A stretch of 63,883 nucleotides of DNA, filler included, from Octopus bimaculoides (lineage: Eukaryota), in the NCBI RefSeq assembly GCF_001194135.2. It is 7 parts of 6 records of this genome, joined end to end, with 100 filler letters (N's around TTAATTAATTAA, not from the genome) between each part and the next. Parts side by side here need not be neighbours in the genome. Positions count along the whole stretch, not along the records: positions 1 to 25,756 come from NC_068988.1; positions 25,857 to 30,297 come from NC_068989.1; positions 30,398 to 43,555 come from NC_068986.1; 4 more parts are not named here. One strand, given 5' to 3'. A program made the translations under genes and the position numbers. Positions within the stretch are counted from its first letter, which is position 1, and each line of letters opens with the position of its first letter. The notes below the pieces were generated by a model. The model was not told the origin of the DNA. It searched no databases and worked only from the letters and a program-made list of their open reading frames with translations. Below are positions 22,901 through 33,789 of the stretch, in pieces.

Positions 22901-24435
22901 TGTGCTTGTGCAACGTAAAAACCACTGAATCCACTCTGCTGGGTGGTTGCTGTTAGGAAGGGCATCCACCTGTAAAAATCTTGCCAAAGGTCATAGAATT
23001 CTGGTGCAAGCTTCTGCCTGGCCGGCTCCTGTCAAACTGCCCCACCCATGTCAACATGGAAGATGGATGTTAAACGACGACGACAATGATGATGATGATG
23101 ATGATGTGTGTGTGTGGTCAATGCCGGTGTCACGTAACTGGCACCCATGCATTACACTCTTGGAGTGGTTAGTGTTAGGAAGGGGCATCCAGCCATAGAG
23201 ACCATGCCAAATCAGATTGGAACGTGGTGCAGCTCTCCAGTTTACCAGTTCCAGTCAAACCATCTAACCCATGCCAGCATGGAAAGCAGATTCTAAATGA
23301 TGATGATGACGATAATGATGAAGATGATGATAATGATGACGACGATATTCTCTAGACTATTTTTGGTTTTGAAAAAAACCGATTGACAACATGGTTGTGT
23401 AGCTGTGCGGCTGATAAATTCAAATCTAAATGTAGCAAGTCCATTAGCACAGATTTCTTTGAAGACAATGAATAAATTTAGCAAACTCATTAATACCAAA
23501 CTTCCCAGAAACATTCCTAAAAAAAAATCCATGCCTGCAAAACACATTACTATCTGTACTGTCAAAGAAATTTCTCCCTTCAACATTCAGTAAAATCCTC
23601 TCTGTATGCTATTATTCATATAACAGATATTTTTATTCTCTTCTCTTTCAACAGCAACTTTTTTCTCTTTCTCTCCTATGGAAGGACTATTATCCAAAAA
23701 TGTTTGAAACATTGATTTAAAATTTTGCCACAAGGCCAGCAATTCTGGGGGAAGGGATGAATCGATTATATCGACCCCAATGTATGACTGGTGCATATTT
23801 TATCAACCATGAAAGAATGAAAGGTAAAGTTGATCTTGGCAGAATTTGAACTCAGAATATAAAGATGAATGGAATGCCACAAAGTGTATGTTTCTATAGA
23901 CTATTTCACGATTTGTTGAGCACTCCATAGAGAAGGCATACCCGGCTTACTTCCCGACCACAGTGCAAGCTTAAGTTATAATTGCTTTAAATAACAGCTA
24001 ATCTATGATGGTCATGACTGGGGAAGGAAGCCATGTACATCTCTGAAGAGCAGCAACAAACCCTGAGACGGTCGATCAGGAGACTCCTTCCTCTTTTACC
24101 TACATATTATTAATATAGAAAGAATATACTGACATTGCTATTTCACCCACAGTGAGGCTTTGTAATGTTTAAATATATGAACACAAACACACACACAGAC
24201 ACACACATATGCATGCATGCACATTTCTATATGTATATATATTTTTCCAATTTAATTCAGTTCTATTTCTAAATGATGAAATTATAGTTAAAGAGTTTTA
24301 TTGAATTTTATTTACTTATCACTTCCTCCCATCTAATATTGAGTAATGTTAAAAATTAAATGCTGCTGCCCATTTGTCCAGTGAACAATAAAAAACACAC
24401 ACGTACATACAGATGAACACACACACGCACACACA

Positions 24436-24970
24436 GAGGGTGTCCTGAAATTAAGGCAACTGAAGTTTCAGGCTTTAATGACTATGAATAAATGTGATAA
24501 GATGTGAAAATTATACATTATTATAAAAGCTTAGTGTGTCTTCTTTTTGTTTCAGACTAAATAAATTCAGATTTATAAATTAGATAATGGCTATTGGCTG
24601 AAATACAATCATAACCCTCCACAAAGGAGGCAAAAGTAATACAGCTAAAGCAAAACAGTTTAAAATTAATTGAACAACAGTTTGGAAGATTGTCAAGAAA
24701 TTTCAAGAGACTGGTTCCACCACTGAGTGACCTGCAAGTGGCTGCTGAAAAAAGTGTGTGTGGACCCCTCAGTTTATCAAAAGAACCAAAGAAAAGATAC
24801 TGCAAAATCTTCATTATGCTGTCAGAAAACTGGCTGCTGCAAAAAAAGTAAACCAAACATTGATGTATTCAGGACTGAAGGAGGATCTCAGGACCCACCC
24901 CTACAAGATGTTCTGCTGTCATGAGCTCACGCAAGTTTATATGGCCATGAGACTGGAGAGAAGTTGTTAG
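24436..24970 (+). mobile_element. Tc1/mariner-superfamily 5' fragment (HTH region)
   Basis: cagagggtgtcctgaaatt start; TTVWKIVKKFQETGS...VRKLAAAKKVNQTLM...LKEDLRTHPYK. Confidence 0.7.
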
Positions 24971-25113
24971 TTGTATTCTGTCTCATCATGCCTCGCAAAT
25001 ACTATGGTCTTCATTTCCACTTTACACTGGAGTGTACCTGTCTACATCTGAACTATTACAAACTTTTTCCATTCCATTCCAGGTCCTTCCTGACATCTTG
25101 TTTATATATATTT

Positions 25114-25585
25114 TCAAGTTAGTAGTGGGGGAGGGTGTGCTGAAAGTGTAGCTGCTAGAATAAGAATAGCCTTGGCAAAGTTCAGAGAGCTCTTACCTCT
25201 GCCGGTGACAAAGGGCCTCTCACTCAGAGTAAAAGGCAGACTGTATGACGCATGTGTATGAACAGCCATACTACATGGCAGTGAAACATGGGCCATGACT
25301 GCTGAGGACATGCATAAGCTTGCAAGGAATGAAGCCAGTATGCTCCGATGGATGTGTAATGTCAGTGTGCATACTCGACAGAGTGTAAGTATCTTGAGAG
25401 AAAAGTTGAACCTAAGAAGCATCAGTTGTGGTGTGCAAGAGAGACGACTGCACTGGTATGGTCATGTGGCAAGAATGGATGAGGATAGCTGTGTGAAAAA
25501 GTGTCACACCCTAGTGGTTGAGGGAGCCTGTGGAAGAGGCAGGCCCAGGAAGACCTGGGATGAGGTGGTGAAGCACGACCTTTGA
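25114..25585 (+). mobile_element. RTE-clade LINE 3' ORF fragment
   Basis: KGRLYDACV*TAILHGSETWAM...MLRWMCNV...RRLHWYGHVARM...GRGRPRKTW. Confidence 0.9.
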
Positions 25586-25597
25586 ACTCTGTCTCCT

Positions 25598-25632
25598 GTT
25601 TCTGATGAAGAGCTACGCTTGAAACGTAAAAC
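25598..25632 (+). ncRNA. Minimal type I hammerhead motif (PLE-type)
   Basis: GUUU-CUGAUGA-A-GAGC(UAC)GCUU-GAAAC-GUA/AAAC; zero-loop stem III implies the dimeric form. Confidence 0.65.
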
Positions 25633-25756
25633 TACCTTTCTTTCCTTCCATGAGTGTCTGCTAATACTTTGCATGTACCACATCCTTGTGTTGATTTTTT
25701 CTTGTTGTGTTTGTTCTTCATGTCTTTTGATTTACTATATATATATATATATATAT

Positions 25757-25856
25757 NNNNNNNNNNNNNNNNNNNNNNNNNNNNNNNNNNNNNNNNNNNN
25801 TTAATTAATTAANNNNNNNNNNNNNNNNNNNNNNNNNNNNNNNNNNNNNNNNNNNN
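25757..25856. other. Artificial scaffold-join spacer: 44 N + TTAATTAATTAA + 44 N (linker also at 30342, 43600, 47620, 52384, 55757)
   Basis: Identical six-frame-stop 12-mer centred in gaps six times; 44-N flanks counted at 25757 and on the left side at 30298. Confidence 0.95.
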
Positions 25857-25918
<62 letters not shown>

Positions 25919-27111
25919 TGTGTGTGTGTTATACATTTAAATGCATATATGTTTTATATACACACACAACATTAAGATGTGCTTTCTATGCACAACATAT
26001 AACCGATTGTTTTAGAATACAATATAATTTATTGTATTAAACTTTTAAATTCACATATATGAATGCATAACTATATATATTTTTGAATTGATTACGCATG
26101 TAGGCTATAACATATAAACAGACCAAAATATATTACAAAGAACAACAGAAAACACCATCAATGTTATCTCAATATGCTCGTTCCTACGACCGTTTCAATA
26201 ATTATTTTGTCACTGTACTATTGTACACGATAAAAAACTTATATCTTCAGGGTACAATCTCCATACAAAACCACAGAATATATTATACTTTTGCTCTTTT
26301 ATCGAACAAAAAGAAAAGAAGAAAGAAATAATGAAAAAGCAAGCAGGTTAGCAGGTTAGTGTGGCATATTTCATAAGTGACTATCTTGTCTAACATATTT
26401 CGGGTTACGTAAGTGTAAAAAATTAAAATAGCAGGAAACAAACAGACAGGAAGCCGTCACTTAAAGCATCCATCATATACACATATATACAGACAAGTAT
26501 ACAAGTACAATAGGATAATTACATTCATAGATGCGCACACAGATTCACATGCCTATATATACATATATACACACACACATATATATATACAAACNNNNNN
26601 NNNNNNNNNNNNNNNNNNNNNNNNNNNNNNNNNNNNNNNNNNNNNNNNNNNNNNNNNNNNNNNNNNNNNNNNNNNNNNNNNNNNNNNNNNNNNNNNNNNN
26701 NNNNNNNNNNNNNNNNNNNNNNNNNNNNNNNNNNNNNNNNNNNNNNNNNNNNNNNNNNNNNNNNNNNNNNNNNNNNNNNNNNNNNNNNNNNNNNNNNNNN
26801 NNNNNNNNNNNNNNNNNNNNNNNNNNNNNNNNNNNNNNNNNNNNNNNNNNNNNNNNNNNNNNNNNNNNNNTATATATGCTTTCAGTGCGAATGTTTTTTT
26901 TATATATATGCCTGCCTTCCTGTTCAAGTACAAAAACCGTCATATTTGAGCCCTTATTGAGATATTTACATACATATTTAATACTTTATATAGAGTTGCA
27001 GGACTCAACATTAACATGGGCCTGCAATGTTTCAGACAGCAATAGGTTGTAAGGCACGATCCACCTGTTGTCAATCTCCATCCCTTGAGTTTGGTAGTGT
27101 TTAGGGTGATC

Positions 27112-27200
27112 AAAGGAAAATGAATGGGTTAGTTCCCTTGGCTAGGAAAATGAATGAGCTATATCCCTTGACTAGGAAAATGAACAGGTTATTTTCCTTG
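27112..27200. repeat. ~30-bp tandem repeat x3 (ggaaaatgaa...cccttg)
   Basis: Read directly. Confidence 0.75.
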
Positions 27201-27811
27201 GATGTTAAAGGAAAATATATTGGTTATATACGTGGACCCTTTCTAGGGGTCCTAGCCATCCAATTATAGATTTTTATTAAATTTCAATGAGCCTAGTAAC
27301 AAACTGGATGTTACTTGAAAATTTTTGCTAAGTTTCAAGAAAATTCGTTAACGGGTGTAGATGGAAACTTGTTACAAACAGACAACTTGCGTTTATATAT
27401 ATATATATATAACATTTTCATAGGGAGGTTATGTCAAGTACAAACACTTACTTTTGCATGTGGAAAATATAAAAAGTTCACAATAATCCGTGTAAAAAGT
27501 CAATATAATGGCAAAATGATAGACAACTTAATAGTACAAATCAGCAAAGAGATCGTAACGCAGACAATTCGTACTAGATTAAGCAATAAAATAAATTTAG
27601 AGGCATGTATGACAGACAATTGGGGTGAGCCCACATTTTGGGATGTGGATTGTAATGAATAAGCAGAGTGCTTAACGAAAATAAACCCAATGAGATAGGA
27701 GGCTTCATTAGTGGTAATGGTTATAACTTAATACCTAGTAACTTAATACTAAAATAGTACTAATGGAGTAAATAACTTGAACTCTGTACCAAACACTAAT
27801 AGGGGGGTGCA

Positions 27812-27848
<37 letters not shown>

Positions 27849-28005
27849 NNNNNNNNNNNNNNNNNNNNNNNNNNNNNNNNNNNNNNNNNNNNNNNNNNNN
27901 NNNNNNNNNNNNNNNNNNNNNNNNNNNNNNNNNNNAACTGTACACACGTCTAATTTTATGTGAACAACTCGTGTATTGTTCTGCAAATAATATTGAATTA
28001 GAACG

Positions 28006-28075
28006 GTCGTACTGAATGTGTTTACGTAAGAAAAAATTGTGTTAATGCATTAATGGCGAAACCATGGTCTATGAT
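28006..28075 (+). ncRNA. Degenerate hammerhead copy (core damaged) with covarying stems
   Basis: GUCGUA-CUGAAUG...GC-GAAAC-CAUG-GUC/UAUGAU. Flanks are homologous to the 29.8-kb copy; stem I and the stem III palindrome differ in sequence but still pair. Confidence 0.55.
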
Positions 28076-28222
28076 TAATTCTTTATTTCGTATATTTTCA
28101 TTTGTCTTTCCCGTTCATGTTCTGGTGTGTGCTGAATTTCCCTAGAGAACATTCTTTTCTTTTGTGGTTTGACCGTAGATGGTCTATTTCTAGCATAATG
28201 GATGTCCACTTAGTGGTCATCC

Positions 28223-28852
28223 ATTCTTCTAAACAACGGAAAACTATTCATGAAAATATGGAGAAGCTGCTGATGGTGTAATTGACAGAGAAGCAGCTCA
28301 CAAGAGATACTGTGACGGAGGCTATAATCTACAACTGGGCGTGCGACGGCGCTATTTAATGATACTTGCCAAACTCATTTCAGAAACACTCTGAAAGTGA
28401 GGATGAAACAGATCTTATTGGACAGGATTTTATCGAAAACTCCTGTAGATGAAAGTGAAGAAAGCGTGACGACGAAAAGGGCAAAAATCTGCGAATAAGA
28501 TTCAGTTAATCAGTTCAGCGTTTCTCCTCCACTTCCGTCAGCATCCTCAAGTCGTCTGCTCTTTAAGGTAAACGCTGTGCATTACACATAATAAAACTAA
28601 TTTATTGCAGTACATTCTATTTATTGTTTTTTTTTTTATATATATACAGTGGTCGTTATTTATAAGTACATTTTTTCTTATTTAAAAACATGTAACAAAA
28701 AAAAATGCGGTGTTTTCTGAGGGAGTGGGGACAGGAACGGATTAATGGCATTTCAATTTATTTCAATGGAGAAATTTGATTTGACATACGAGTAATTTGA
28801 GTTACGAGCTCCGTCACGAAACGAATTAAACTCGTAAGTCAAGGTACCACTG
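28223..28852 (+). mobile_element. Tigger-like internal-deletion derivative, 3' part
   Basis: ENMEKLLMV*LTEKQLTRDTVTEAII joined to GRATALFNDTC; right TIR ctcgtaagtcaaggtaccactg|TA. Confidence 0.8.
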
Positions 28853-29275
28853 TATATATACANNNNNNNNNNNNNNNNNNNNNNNNNNNNNNNNNNNNNN
28901 NNNNNNNNNNNNNNNNNNNNNNNNNNNNNNNNNNNNNNNNNNNNNNNNNNNNNNNNNNNNNNNNNNNNNNNNNNNNNNNNNNNNNNNNNNNNNNNNNNNN
29001 NNNNNNNNNNNNNNNNNNNNNNNNNNNNNNNNNNNNNNNNNNNNNNNNNNNNNNNNNNNNNNNNNNNNNNNNNNNNNNNNNNNNNNNNNNNNNNNNNNNN
29101 NNNNNNNNNNNNNNNNNNNNNNNNNNTATAAGGGATGACCACTAGGTGGACATCCAATATGCTAGAAAGAGGTCATCAACGACCCAGCCACAAAGAAAAA
29201 TAATGTTCTCCAGAAAAAAACTTCGGAAAACACCAGAACAAGACAAAATGAGAAATAAACAAAATAAAGAATTAT

Positions 29276-29344
29276 CTATGTACTGCAGTTTCGAACATTA
29301 ACGTTTTGCTTAGGTAACAATATCCGTGTTCTCGTCAGCACAAC
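29276..29344 (-). ncRNA. Type I hammerhead ribozyme, inverted sister copy
   Basis: Minus strand: GUUGUG-CUGACGA-GAACA...UGUUC-GAAAC-UGCA-GUA/CAUAG; stem I has 5 pairs including two G-U. Confidence 0.75.
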
Positions 29345-29802
29345 CGTTCTAGAATCAATATAATTTGCAGAACTATACACGAATTGTCTTCATGAAATAA
29401 GACTTGCATACAGTTCTACCGATTACATTGGGGTTATTTTTCAAAATGCCTCAGCTCTGGCGCGCCAAATTCCGGAAACAGTTCTGCAGAGAATAATTCA
29501 CTATAGTATATGTTGCCGGCTGGAGAACATAACTATTTAAATTATTATTTATATAGATAGGCTGATAAATTGAATATTAATTCAATTTAAAACCAAGTGG
29601 TCTAGCATATAAAAAAATCTGAAAACTCAGAAAAGATTGTATTACACGTGTATAAGGGATGACCACTAGGTGGACATCCAATATGCTAGAAAGAGGTCAT
29701 CAACGACCCAACCACAAAGAAAAATAATGTTCTCCAGAAAAAACTTCGCAAAACACCAGACAATTCGTGTATAGTTCTGCAAAATATATTGATTCTAGAA
29801 CG

Positions 29803-29872
29803 GTTGTGCTGACGAGAACACGCATGTTGTTACGAAAGTAAAACGTTAATGTTCGAAACTGCAGTACACAAC
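29803..29872 (+). ncRNA. Type I hammerhead ribozyme, complete core
   Basis: GUUGUG-CUGACGA-GAACA[extended stem, GAAA tetraloop]UGUUC-GAAAC-UGCA-GUA/CACAAC. Perfect 6-bp stem I, palindromic stem III ACUGCAGU, predicted cleavage after 29866. Folded by eye. Confidence 0.85.
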
Positions 29873-30397
29873 TAACTCTTTATTCTGTATATTTCTCATT
29901 TTGTCTTCTTATGGAGTTTTGCGAAGTATTTTTCTAGATAGATAGATAGATAGATAGAAATATAGATATATATGTATATGTATATGTGTGTGTGCGTGTG
30001 TGTGCATGCACGTGTGTGTTTGCGTGTGTACATATATATATATATATATACATTCAACATGTTGAACCGTTAATCCAAATGTTTTTTCTTTTTCCATTGT
30101 TTTTCTTTGTCCGTTATCTTTCTTTATTCCTTATTCATTTTCCTTAAAGTGCGTCGGCTCAAATCGTCGAAGACTTTTTTCATTTTTCTTGAGCGTCAAA
30201 CTAATACACATTGTTTGTTGTTCCTTCACCTGTTTTTGTCTTTTGTTTTTTGTATATTTGCACCACAAACACACACGCACACACACACACAAACATANNN
30301 NNNNNNNNNNNNNNNNNNNNNNNNNNNNNNNNNNNNNNNNNTTAATTAATTAANNNNNNNNNNNNNNNNNNNNNNNNNNNNNNNNNNNNNNNNNNNN

Positions 30398-30505
30398 TGG
30401 TCGCTGACCACACATGTCTTCGATTTCAGATCTCTCACAGGTCTGGTCGCTGATCACACATGTCTTCGATTTCAGATCTCTCACAGGTCTGGTCGCTGAC
30501 CACAC
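30398..30505. repeat. 46-bp tandem repeat x2.3 next to a gap
   Basis: tggtcgctgaccacacatgtcttcgatttcagatctctcacaggtc. Confidence 0.9.
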
Positions 30506-31307
30506 ACGTACAGAACACAGCTACAGCCAGTTCCAGTTTCGACGTCTTCACCACCAATGTACTGTCTACCATTGTCGTCGCCAGCAACACCAACATTAAC
30601 AAGCGCGGTTTTATCTTCACTGTATGAGTGGAGTTTCCACTCACGAACAACAGTCAGAACTAACCAGCGAGAATATTCTGTATCAGGTAACACAGGTCGC
30701 AGCATTCGCCGCTCAACACACATAGTGTGATACTACAGCGCTGCTCGTTGGCTACAACTTCCTGCGTATGAACATTCTATCTCCTTGTGTAACTCTAATA
30801 CGAACTGGCATTTCTCTATCTCAGTGTTAAAACTTTTTACAGTCTATGTTACAGACACTATTTCTATTGTTCTGTGTTTCCGCTCATTCACACGCACACT
30901 TGTACTCTCACATATTGTACACACACTATTGTTTATACGACTGTCCGTCACTTCACATTGTTGTATACCTTCTCTTGTACACGAAGGCCTGAATTATCTA
31001 CTGTGTTAATTTCATATGTCGCATGCACGCGCACACAGACACAATGTTTCACTTTGTTAATAAATTTATTCTTATTCAATCTAACGGTTGAGTTTGTCCT
31101 AAGTTCTTTTACTGGCACAATGGCTCGCGTATCTCACGATGAGCCAACTATCTTATATATCTTGTTTTGTGTTCGACCGTGCGACATGGTAAAAAGGAGC
31201 CTTTTACCGTCTACGTCGCCATCTCCTTTGGTTCGCACGGTCGAAGTATAACAATATAATAGTCTTTTTTTCAACGTCCTCCAGAATACTTTTTGGAGGG
31301 GCCACTT

Positions 31308-31600
31308 ATATGGAGGCAGAAACGGAAAAGGAACAAAATAAGAACCATGAGCAAGAGAAGGAAGAGATAGAGGGAAAACGAAAGCGGCAAAAGAGGGGAG
31401 TGACGGGTTCGTCAGCCCCAAGAGAAGAAGGAAGGCAGACAAAACAGATGAAGAGCCGCCCGAACTTGTACAGGAAGTGGAAAAGAAACCAGAGAGGAGA
31501 CCAGAAGACGACGAGAAGTTACGTGGCTCCATCAGCCCAACCTGTAATACAGTGTTTTTTTCCTCGAGGCCCATGGTTACAAGAAATCTCTAGAGGTAGA
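31308..31600 (+). mobile_element. L1/Tx1 ORF1 3' fragment, paralogous to 33180-33420
   Basis: Direct nucleotide similarity (gaaggaagagatag...gggttcgtca...ccccaagagaaga). Confidence 0.7.
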
Positions 31601-32094
31601 NNNNNNNNNNNNNNNNNNNNNNNNNNNNNNNNNNNNNNNNNNNNNNNNNNNNNNNNNNNNNNNNNNNNNNNNNNNNNNNNNNNNNNNNNNNNNNNNNNNN
31701 NNNNNNNNNNNNNNNNNNNNNNNNNNNNNNNNNNNNNNNNNNNNNNNNNNNNNNNNNNNNNNNNNNNNNNNNNNNNNNNNNNNNNNNNNNNNNNNNNNNN
31801 NNNNNNNNNNNNNNNNNNNNNNNNNNNNNNNNNNNNNNNNNNNNNNNNNNNNNNNNNNNNNNNNNNNNNNNNNNNNNNNNNNNNNNNNNNNNNNNNNNNN
31901 NNNNNNNNNNNNNNNNNNNNNNNNNNNNNNNNNNNNNNNNNNNNNNNNNNNNNNNNNNNNNNNNNNNNNNNNNNNNNNNNNNNNNNNNNNNNNNNNNNNN
32001 NNNNNNNNNNNNNNNNNNNNNNNNNNNNNNNNNNNNNNNNNNNNNNNNNNNNNNNNNNNNNNNNNNNNNNNNNNNNNNNNNNNNNNNNNNNNNA

Positions 32095-33600
32095 TTCGTT
32101 TCTTTTATTTTTGCTTCTTTTCTTAAATTTCTATTTTATAATTTTAGTTCCCCGATTCTATGTTATGTCTCGTTATGTATTGTTTGTCTGTGTTGTATTT
32201 GTCATTCAGTTTGGATGTACACTTTTTATAGGTAATAATAAAATAGAACGAAACGTTCGCTTCGAATCTAGTGTAATTTTTTGTGTGAAGAAGGTGAGTT
32301 CTGTTGTGATTTTACTGTTGATTTTATTGTTGAAGCGTCTCCCGCGAGTTATTAGCTGCTGTTATTTTCATTCTTTTTCTCCCTATTGGGGGTGAGGAAG
32401 AGCGTAGCATTATGGAAAGCTACGCGAAAGCCGCTGCGGCAAACTCAACTAGACAGTTGGAAGCCAAGAAGGTACGAATTGACAAACAGGAAATGGCGAA
32501 AAGTGTACAATTTTTGAAGAAGGCAGCAGACATAGTCAAACTGATCCCTTTCCACAAGAGTCAATAGAAGAGAAGAACGCAAAAACGGTAGTGTACTACA
32601 CGCAAGAGATCGCTACTAAGAAAACTGTGAAACTATCGGAAGTAGTAGAGGAGTGACTAGGAGACATCATAGATAAGGCGTCATTTGTGAGAAAAGGAAA
32701 GAGGTATGGCACTGCGGAGGTAAGGTTTGCAACCGAAGAGGAGGCAGTCTCATATTACGCCGTTTGCGTAGAGTCGAACAAGATAAGGCTGTTACCCACG
32801 TATAGGGGAAAGTGCTACGTCTGGGTCAGGATAGCTAGGGTACCTCCTCAAATTAAGACAGAGCGGGTGAAGGCGGCCGTTTTAGCGACCTCCGAGGGCG
32901 AGCCCGAGCTCGGAACTGTTGGAACTACAGATACGTTGAATTCATGGGGAAGAGGAGTGGAAGCATGGGATCTACGCCACATTGGAGGATGTAGAGGGGA
33001 TTCCATACCAAATCGAGATCGAAGGGGAAAATTCCTTGAAGGTGATAGCGGAGGGTCGCAAACACAATTGCTACATCTGTGGTGAAAGGGGGTACATGAA
33101 GTGCCCCCTTATATGAAAATAAGCCATCTGATTCAGTGGTGAGTGAGAAAGAAGAGAAAGAAATGGGGACAGAAGGAACGATGGATACTGAAACGGAAAA
33201 GAGGGAAGATAAAAATTCATGAGCTGGAGAAGGAAGAGATAGAAGGAAAAAAACGAAAGCGACAAAAAAGGGGAGTGATGGGTTCGTCAACCCCAAGAGA
33301 AGAAAGAAGGCTAGATCAAGGGAAGAGTTACAGAGAGCGACAGCAGACGCCGGGAAGGCGGACAAAAAAGATGAAGAGCTGCCTGAACCCACACAGGAAG
33401 AGGAAAAGATGCCTGAGAGAAGGCTAGAAAATGTGAAGTATAGCGAGAATAAGGGATTTTTAATCCTTTGCAAGAAAAGCATAGAAGTGGAAAAAGAATA
33501 TCGAAGTGAAAGAATCTGATAAGAGTCAAGTTGCAAAGGGAGTGGTTCGGAGAAGACGAGAGGTGTATATTGGTGAACGATGAAAGAGACAACCTAAGAA
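32095..33600 (+). mobile_element. L1/Tx1 5' UTR + ORF1, truncated by the converging element
   Basis: ATG 32412 MESYAKAAAA...; GTAEVRFATEEEA...LLPTYRG; CYICGERG knuckle. Confidence 0.8.
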
Positions 33601-33789
33601 AGTCTTGCCGTGAATTTGTGATAAAGACATACGGGCCGGTATACTTTAACGGATGATTTTTTTTTCTGTCTATAAGGGGCCAACATAGAGGGGACAAAAT
33701 AATCTGATTTGGGGTCAGATAAACGAATGAGTTTTACAAAAATATGAGATTAAAAATTAACGAATGATAAGACAGACCGGAAGACATTA

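Larger units (their letters stand above)
29127..29938. mobile_element. Non-coding Penelope-like/retrozyme-like element: partial tandem plus inverted terminal repeat
   Basis: Direct repeat 29127-29237 / 29651-29760; inverted repeat 29238-29389 / 29758-29907 carrying the hammerheads. A third unit lies at 27960-28222. Confidence 0.7.

Noticed and set aside
30398-30505. CRISPR-like array
   Set aside because: Contiguous tandem units with no unique spacers, no cas genes, eukaryotic context.
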